From positions 720,001-752,000 of the forward strand of contig NC_006055.1 in assembly GCF_000008305.1 (NCBI RefSeq): a DNA stretch of 32,000 nt. Direction: 5' to 3'. The notes beneath the pieces are model-generated. The model searched no databases. It worked only from the letters and a program-made list of their open reading frames with translations, and had not been told where the DNA came from. The translations under genes and the position numbers were made by a program. Each line of letters starts with the position of its first letter. The stretch's first letter is position 1. Shown in pieces: positions 24,911 through 32,000 of this stretch. Origin of the DNA: Mesoplasma florum L1. GTDB taxonomy: Bacteria > Bacillota_I > Bacilli_A > Mycoplasmatales > Mycoplasmataceae.

Positions 24911-25566
24911 TAGTTTAATACTTCTGATATTGAACTTGTTCCAATTCTTTCTGCTCCTGCTTCAACCAATTCTAAAGCAAAGTTTTTTGTTTTGATACCA
25001 CCAGAAGCTTTAACCTTACATTCATTATTTACAATTTTTTTCATTAATTTTACATGTTCTATAGTTGCTCCCATTTTAGAATACCCTGTTGATGTCTTAA
25101 CAAAATCTAATTTATTTTTAACCGCAATCTGACAGCATTTAATAATTTCTTCTTCTGTCAAAAGGCAAGTTTCAAAAATTACTTTAATAATTATGTCTTT
25201 AAAAGAATTTCTTATTTTTTGAAATTCACTATTTACTTTTTCTCAATCATGATCTTTAATATTCCCAATATTTGCAACAAAATCAATTTCATTTGCACCT
25301 AATTTTAAGCATTCTTTTATTTCATTAATTTTTAATTTAGTTGTTGCATTTCCAAAAGGAAAGGAAACTGTTCCAGATATGCTAATTTTAGTATTCTTAA
25401 TTATTTCTTTAACGACTGCTATCCTTGAAATATGAACGCAAATACATCTAACATTTTTAATTATACATAAATCAACAAACTTATTAATTTCAATTAAAGT
25501 TGCATCAGGTTTTAAAAGAGTTGCATCTATATAATTATTTAATTTCATAATTTTTAATTTTTTCAA
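24910..25566 (-). CDS. deoC: Deoxyribose-phosphate aldolase
   Basis: [34 protein letters not shown] and VKASGGIKT motifs; 218 aa. The start could instead be ATG 25548. Confidence 0.93.
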
Positions 25567-26218
25567 ATTGCCCTTTTAATTTATTATTTTCTACGTTTAC
25601 AAAAGCTCCTACCACAACAATGTCAGCTCCTGCATCTAAGATTTCTTTATATGTGTCTTCTCTTAATCCACCATCAGTCATAATTTTAAATACTTTATTA
25701 TTTTCTTTTCTATATTTATTTATTATATTAATTTTAGAATACGAAGATTCTATAATTTTTTGCCCATTAAATCCAGGAAGTATATTCATACACATTACTG
25801 CATAAAGATCATCACAATAAGTTTTGATATGCTCAAAACTAGTTTCTGGATTTAAAGCAATTATAGGTTTCATATTATAGCTTTTAATTTTATTTATTAT
25901 ATTATTAACAGTTATTGGGTTTTTATCTGTTAATGTTTCATAATGGAATATAAAGTAGTCACATCCCGCCTCAGCAAATGACTCAATATATTTTTCGCTA
26001 TTTGAGCACATCATATGCGCGTCTACTTTTATTTTAGGATATTTGTCTTTGATATCTTTACAAAATTTTTGGCATAAAGCATAATTATTAACAAAATTTC
26101 CGTCCATTATGTCTACATGAATTCATTCCATGCCTGCTTCTATTAATTCATCTATTTTTTTTCCTATTTCTAGAAAATTAAATACATAAATGCTTACGGC
26201 TACTTTTTTATTATTCAT
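25535..26218 (-). CDS. Ribulose-phosphate 3-epimerase family protein
   Basis: [62 protein letters not shown]; 227 aa. Confidence 0.85.
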
Positions 26219-26277
26219 TTTTTTCTCCTTTTTATTTTATATAATTAATTAAGATATTCTAAATTGAGGTGTTTTAT

Positions 26278-27093
26278 ATGAGTAAAAATCTTACTTTTGC
26301 TGAAATGTCAGCACTTGATCAAATAAATAAAAACATTAACTTCTTTGTTTCTAATAATTTACAAAATTTATCTAAAAATTATAACGTTGGTGAAGCTACT
26401 CTAGTTAGATTAGTTAAGAAAAGAGGTTTTTCTTCTCTTAAAGAAATGCAAATAAGTTATGCAAAGAAAATTGATATTGAGAATTTATTTGGTAATAGTG
26501 ATAATAATCAAAATACTAAAATTATAAATGATGTAGCAAATTTTGAAGTTTTTTCAATTATACAAACAAGCGAATGTATAAATATTAAAGATATCAATAA
26601 AACTGCAGAGCTACTTATAAATTCAAATAAAAGACTTTTTTTCGGAATTGAGAATAGTCAATTATCTGCAACATTTCTTGCAAACAATTTGCAAAAAATA
26701 GGTTTAAATTGTTCAGTTTATCAATCTGTTCACGGAGCAATCACAGAACTTAACTTTTTAAATAAGGAAGATTCTATAATATTAATCTTTAGTTCTAGTG
26801 GTGAAACTAAAGAGTGCATTGAAGTAGCTAAAATAGCACATGAAATGAATTTAAGGTACATCTGAATTGGATCAGAGTTCGCTTCAAAAAAATCAGAATA
26901 TTTACAAATGGCAAATATTAAAATTTTTCACTCATATCATAAAAATGAAATATTAAGATTTCCTAATATTTCATCTTCTAGTGGCCAACTTTTTATTTCA
27001 AACTTACTTTTTAATATTGTTATAAATAATAAAGATGGAACTTCAGATATTTTAACTAAGTCTAATACAATGGTTAAGGGTTGAAACTCTTAA
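26278..27093 (+). CDS. RpiR family transcriptional regulator (HTH + SIS domain)
   Basis: MSKNLTFAEMSALDQINKNINFFVSNN...EATLVRLVKKRGFSSLKEMQ HTH and the SIS-type ILIFSSSGETKECIEVAKIA. gaggt RBS before ATG 26278. The only plus-strand gene. Confidence 0.88.
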
Positions 27094-27098
27094 CCATT
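27069..27098. terminator. Bidirectional terminator between convergent genes
   Basis: AATGGTTAAG-ggttgaaact-CTTAACCATT; T-run on the plus strand. Confidence 0.75.
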
Positions 27099-28016
27099 TT
27101 TTTTAATAAATTCATGAACTTCTTTAAGTTCAGGTAATGAAGATTGCGCTCCCATTTTTGTTACTGCTAATGAAGCTGCTGCAGTGGCAAATTTAATTGC
27201 TTCTTCAATAGTTTTATCTTGAGCTAAGTATGCAGATATCCCACCCATAAAAGTATCTCCGCAAGCCGTTGCATCAACAGCTTTTACTTTATATGCTTCA
27301 AACTTGTGCAGTTCACCTTTTTCATCAATTCAAATAGAACCATTTTCTCCAAGAGTGACAATAACATTTTTTTTATTGATGTCTCATAATTCATATGCAT
27401 ACTTTTTCAATAACTCATAGTTTTCAGTGTATTCTTTACCTAATAAAATACATATTTCTGATTCATTAGGTGTAATAAAATCACATTTTTCAATAATTTT
27501 ATTTGAAATTACTTTTGCTGGACCTGGGTTTAAAATAATTAATTTATTTTTAGAATGTCCATAATTAATAAAATCTTCTACAAATTCTAAATTTGTTTCT
27601 AGCTGGGTAAGCAAAATATCTGAATGGTCAATAAGCTCTTTATATTCATTAATTTCATCTTTTAAAAATGTAAAGTTAGCACCTGTATCAACAATTAGTA
27701 AATTATCACCTTTATCATCAACAATAATATTAGCTACTTGTGTATTTATATTATTAATTTTTTTAATATATGATGCATCAATTTTATTTTTTACTAAATT
27801 TTCAATTGCATGTAAACCTGCATCATCATTTCCTACGTGTCCTATATATTTAACATCCGCACCTAATTTGGCTGCTGCAACAGCTTGATTTGCGCCTTTT
27901 CCTCCAAAAAATATATTAAAGTTTTTTGAAATAATGCTTTGCCCTTTATTTGGCAATTTATCTACATTAAATACATGGTCAACACCGATAGATCCCATAG
28001 TTAGTATTTTTTTCAT
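27090..28016 (-). CDS. rbsK: PfkB-family carbohydrate kinase, ribokinase-like
   Basis: MKKILTMGSIGVDHVFNVDKLPNKGQ..NIFFGGKGANQAVAAAKLGA and VKAVDATACGDTFMGG; 308 aa. Confidence 0.88.
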
Positions 28017-28032
28017 TTTAATTTTTCCTTTT

Positions 28033-29541
28033 CTAATTTGATTTTTCTTCTTTAATTGTTGATTTTTTAGTTGTTTTTTGTTTTACATATAATTCTGGTC
28101 TTTTAATTTTATCTTTTTTAATTCAAAAGTGCCCATCTACTAATAATCCGCCAATTCCAACAAAAACAATTGCCATGATTAATCATTTTGTTCATTCTGC
28201 ATTTAATATTCAACCTAATATATTAAATATTAAGTAATCAGATTCTGCTCATTGTAAAACACCATTAGAATCGAATATTCAACCTAATTGTGATTGCATT
28301 AGAATAAACATTAACGGAACAATTGTTAATATTATTCCATTAACAAAAGCACCTAAAATTGCACCTAAAATACCACCTTTTATGTTTCCAAATGTACCGC
28401 TTACTCCTCCTGTGAAAAAGTGAGCAATTATTCCTGGAATTATTACTGCAGGAATTGCTGCTGGCGCTGCTAAGTTAAGTCCAATTGAAATTAATAATCC
28501 AATAATACCACCTGTAAAACTTGATACGAAACCAATTAAAACAGCTGTTGGTGAATATGATAAAGCAACACTACAATCAACAGCCATTTTTGCTCCAGGG
28601 ATTAATTTTTTACTAATTCCTTCTAAAGCAGGAATTAATTCATTAATCATAGTTGTAATTCCAAAAATTAAAATTTCAACACCAGCTGTGAATATTAACG
28701 CATCAAGAATAATTTTTACAAGTATTGAATCATTCTCACCAATAATTCCTAAAGCAACCATTTGTTCTTTTCCAGCTACACCTCATAAACTTGCATATGT
28801 TACGCCAAATAGCATCAACATCATAACTGCTACTGAAACTGTAGAATTTGAAAATACACTTAATCATTTAGGGAATTTAATTTCTTCAGTTGATTTAACA
28901 TTTCCTTTTTTTAGTTTTCCTACAAGTCCACCAATTCCTCCTGCAATTGCAAATCCCATAACATTAGCATGGCCGATGTAAAGTTTGTCATCACCTGTTA
29001 AGTGATTCATATATTTTTTTGTTAATGCCGGACTTAGAAGCATATACAATGAAACAATAGCTGATCCAACTATTAAGAAATATCAAACATCAGTTGATAA
29101 AGACATTCCTGAAAAGTGGAATATTGTTGAAACTGCTACACAAATAAATAATGTATGGTGACCTGTTAAAAATATATATTTAAATCTTGAAAATTTAGCA
29201 AATATAATATTTAAAACTATAGAAATAAACATCATCAACGCTGCAATTGTTGCTATTTCAGGAATTGCTTCCATAATAGCTCCTGCTAGCGCATCAGAGT
29301 TTGGCATCACACCTTGCAATCCAAATAACTCGTTAAAAGCTGTTGTAAAATCATCAAGTGTAGATACCAATAGACCGATACCACCAGAAAGAATTAAGTA
29401 TCCAACAGCAGCTTTTAATGTTGAAACTAAAACCTCTGTGAATTTTTTTCTTTGTAGTAACGATCCAAATAGTGCAAACAACCCAATTAGGACAGCAGGT
29501 GCACCAAAAAAACCTTTTATAAAAAATATGAATTCATTCAT
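28033..29541 (-). CDS. PTS EIIC component of the L-ascorbate (UlaA/SgaT) family
   Basis: Pieces 28279..28761, 28864..29049 and 29083..29541 are in frame. FIKGFFGAPAVLIGLFALFGSLLQRKKFTEVLVSTLKAAVGYLIL resembles UlaA; 502 aa. Confidence 0.8.
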
Positions 29542-29598
29542 AAATTATCATTTCCTTTCACACATTTATTATTATTTTAAAATGGAAATAATACTACA

Positions 29599-29643
29599 TT
29601 ATTATATATTTTTGGAAATTTACTCCAAAAATATATAATAATC
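29599..29643. promoter_or_regulatory. Perfect 19-bp inverted repeat (7-nt centre), candidate operator for the EIIC gene
   Basis: ATTATTATATATTTTTGGA-AATTTAC-TCCAAAAATATATAATAAT; contains a minus-strand TATAAT. Confidence 0.75.
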
Positions 29644-29671
29644 TGTTTTTTTATGGAGTGAAAAATTTAAA

Positions 29672-29695
29672 AAAAAACCGCTTTCGCGATTTTTT
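29672..29695 (-). terminator. fba terminator, copy 2 of the repeated hairpin
   Basis: AAAAAACCGC-TTTC-GCGATTTTTT, the same 24 nt as 24887-24910. Confidence 0.85.
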
Positions 29696-29712
29696 AATTA
29701 TTTGATTAAATA

Positions 29713-30603
29713 TTAAGCTTTACCTTTACATCCGAATCATTCTGTTAATTCGTTAAATGTTTCTTTTAATGCTTGGTATCCTGGGTTTAATAATTTTCTT
29801 GGATCAAAACCTTTTGTTTTGTCATCTAAGTCTTTTCCAGCTTCAATATATTTTCTTGTTGCATCTCTAAATGCTAATTGTAATTCAGTATTAACGTTGA
29901 TTTTTGAAATCCCCATTGAAATAGCTTTTTCAACTTGGTCTTGAGGAATTCCACTTCCACCATGTAATACCATTGGCATTTTACATGCTGCTTGTAATTC
30001 TTCTAAAGTATCAAATGATAATCCTGTTCATCATTCAGGGTATTTTCCGTGAATGTTTCCGATTCCTGCTGCTAACATTGCAATTCCTGTTTTTGAAATT
30101 TCTGCTGCTTGAGTTGGGTCACCTAATTCACCGTTTCCAACAACTCCATCTTCTTCTCCACCAATTGAACCAATTTCAGCTTCAACTGAAATTTCGTGTT
30201 CATTAGCAAAAATTAATAATTCTTTAGTTTTTGCTAAGTTTTCTTCGTATGGTAAGTGTGATCCATCAAACATAACTGATGAGTAACCAGCTAAAATACA
30301 TTTTTTAGCCATTTCAATTGATTGTCCGTGGTCTAAGTGTAATGCAACTGGCACAGTAATGTTTAATTCTTCTAATAAACCATTAACCATCCCAACAACA
30401 GTAACTGGTCCACCCATATATTTAATAGCACCTTCACTTGTTCCTAAGATAACAGGTGTGTTTGAAGCTTGAGCTGCTTCTAAGATTGCTTTAGTTCATT
30501 CTAAGTTATTAATGTTAAAGTGACCGATTGCGTATTTGTTTTCGTGTGCTGCTTTAACCATAGCTGTAGCATTAACTAATTTTTCATGATATAGTCTTGT
30601 CAT
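29713..30603 (-). CDS. fba: Class II fructose-bisphosphate aldolase
   Basis: MTRLYHEKLVNATAMVKAAHENKYAIGHFNINNLEW; VALHLDHGQS; EAEIGSIGGEEDG; LHGGSGIP; 296 aa. Confidence 0.97.
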
Positions 30604-30673
30604 TTATTTATCCTCTTTCTTTTACTTCTTTAAAATTATACAACTTTATAACTTTTAAACAAATAATTTTATA

Positions 30674-31528
30674 TTATCTTTTTGCTGTTCATTTAAATGT
30701 AAAAGTTGTTAATGTAAATAATCCACCCAGAATCGCTAATGAACCTACTATTGGTTGTCAGCTTGATGTAAAACTATTCACAGCTCCTTGGAATGTTACT
30801 TGAGTTCCTTGGTATGTTTCAGTTCATCCAGTTTTGCTAAATGAATACATATATAAGAATACCGGATATTTATGCGGGATAAAGTAAGTAAATATAACCA
30901 TACCTTGACTTTTAAATAGTGACTCAGTTGGTAACATTATTCCAGATAAAAATATACTGAAAAAATACACCATCATTACAATTCCTTGTATTGACCCTGA
31001 TGAATTTGCAATACCCCCAAAAAGAGTTGCTAGTGCAATTGATGTTGCACAAATTAAAATAATTGATAATAATAAATATCCGATTTTAATTGAAGAAAAA
31101 GCTTTTAAGAATGAGTTTGAATCACCTGCGCCTAAAACAATTATACTTAGTATTGCATTAAATGATAAAACAACAATATAAAAGAATATTCCTGCTAATA
31201 AATACACCAGCCATATAGACCCTATAAACATGCTTTTTTTAACACCTGTTATATCAATTCTTTTTAAAAACACTGAGTTCTTTCACTCTACGATTGCAGG
31301 AGTAAGAGATGTTAAAACAGTAAGGCATGGAAGAAGTGCATAATTAAATAATGTTTTTCCTTCTTTTCCAAAAATAAAGAAAAACATAACTGAAAAAAAT
31401 ATTGGAACAACTAACATAAAAATAATACTTCTCGGTTCTTTAATAAATGATTTATAAACTAATAAAGTTAAATTTTTAAATATGCTTGATTGCTTTTTAA
31501 AATTAAATGTGTCAATTTTCTTAAACAT
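30674..31528 (-). CDS. ABC-2 type transporter permease (284 aa)
   Basis: MFKKIDTFNFKKQSSIFKNLTLLVYKSFIKEPRSIIFMLVVPIFFSVMFF...; hydrophobic; directly coupled to an ATPase gene. Confidence 0.85.
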
Positions 31529-32000
31529 TATTTCAACTCTCCTTTAAAGAATAAATTCATTAAGTCTCTAACAGAACCATATTTTTTTATTACAGCAGAT
31601 ATTTTTTTGTCAAAAAATATCCCACCATCTTTAATTATTATTATTCGATCACATAATATTTCAACTTCTTCAGGATGATGCGAAACAAGCAATAATGTTT
31701 GTTTTGATTTTTTAACGTTTTCTCTAAAAAAGTCTGTAATTTTATATTGAAGTTCCATGTCCAATCCTGTTGTTAACTCATCTAATATAACAATCTTTGG
31801 ATTATTCATAACAGAAATCATAGCATTGAATCTTTGTTTTTGACCACCTGAAAGTTTTTTTAATGGTGTTTTAATAAATTCTTTAATATCAAAAACATCA
31901 GCAATTGTATTTTCTCATTCTTTTGTAAATTTAGGATATATACTTCTATAAAAAGCTAACATATCTAATGGTGTAATTCCAGCAGGTCAATCTCCTGTTT
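31528..32000 (-). CDS. ABC transporter ATP-binding protein (5' end lies beyond the right edge)
   Basis: LKKLSGGQKQRFNAMISVMNNPKIVILDELTTGLD and LLLVSHHPEEVEILCDRIIII. Shares one base with the permease start (TAATG). Confidence 0.93.

Noticed and set aside
2154-31678. Plus-strand ORFs such as 2154..2351, 4364..4606, 5953..6186, 8283..8627, 12452..12643, 16384..16566, 19323..19556, 21548..21877, 23600..23788, 25620..25805, 28688..28981, 29438..29638, 30597..30803 and 31490..31678
   Set aside because: They lie mainly antisense to well-supported minus-strand genes, lack convincing ribosome binding sites and read as low-complexity shadow translations.
31528-32000. Walker B variant VILDELTTGLD in the transporter ATPase as evidence for loss of function
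   Set aside because: The catalytic Glu is kept (LDE), the LSGGQ signature is intact and the switch His is present (SHH). Only the usual Pro is changed, so this looks active, unlike the 22537..24414 protein.

Overview
The window is AT-rich mollicute chromosomal DNA, most like the Mesoplasma/Entomoplasma/Spiroplasma group. It uses the UGA=Trp code: the supplied ORF track breaks at TGA, and joining the in-frame pieces restores full-length genes. All coordinates below are my rejoined ORFs. All but one of the genes are on the minus strand. Going up the coordinates, the window contains: (1) a beta-glucoside locus with two GH1 6-phospho-beta-glucosidases, a ROK protein, an RpiR regulator and a fused PTS EII in A-B-C order with a charged C-terminal extension; (2) tuf, fusA, rpsG and rpsL; (3) a hypothetical/cardiolipin synthase/hypothetical cluster and a GNAT-like gene; (4) a tightly packed run 24414->16359 headed by a 625-aa protein that looks like a degenerate ABC ATPase with a large charged insertion, followed by a DHH phosphoesterase, tdk, prfA, prmC, a 502-aa membrane protein, tsaC and a hypothetical; (5) rpmE; (6) a pentose-type locus with deoC, an rpe-like epimerase, a divergent RpiR regulator, a PfkB/ribokinase-like kinase and an orphan UlaA/SgaT-type EIIC, then fba; (7) an ABC-2 type transporter pair running off the right edge. 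The main leads are the degenerate ABC-like protein, a perfect 19-bp inverted repeat over the apparent promoter of the orphan EIIC gene, and terminator hairpins that repeatedly contain the stop codon, including a TTAA shared by two convergent genes. I see no CRISPR array, rRNA, tRNA, transposon or obvious defence system. All homology calls come from motif recognition by eye, with no database search.
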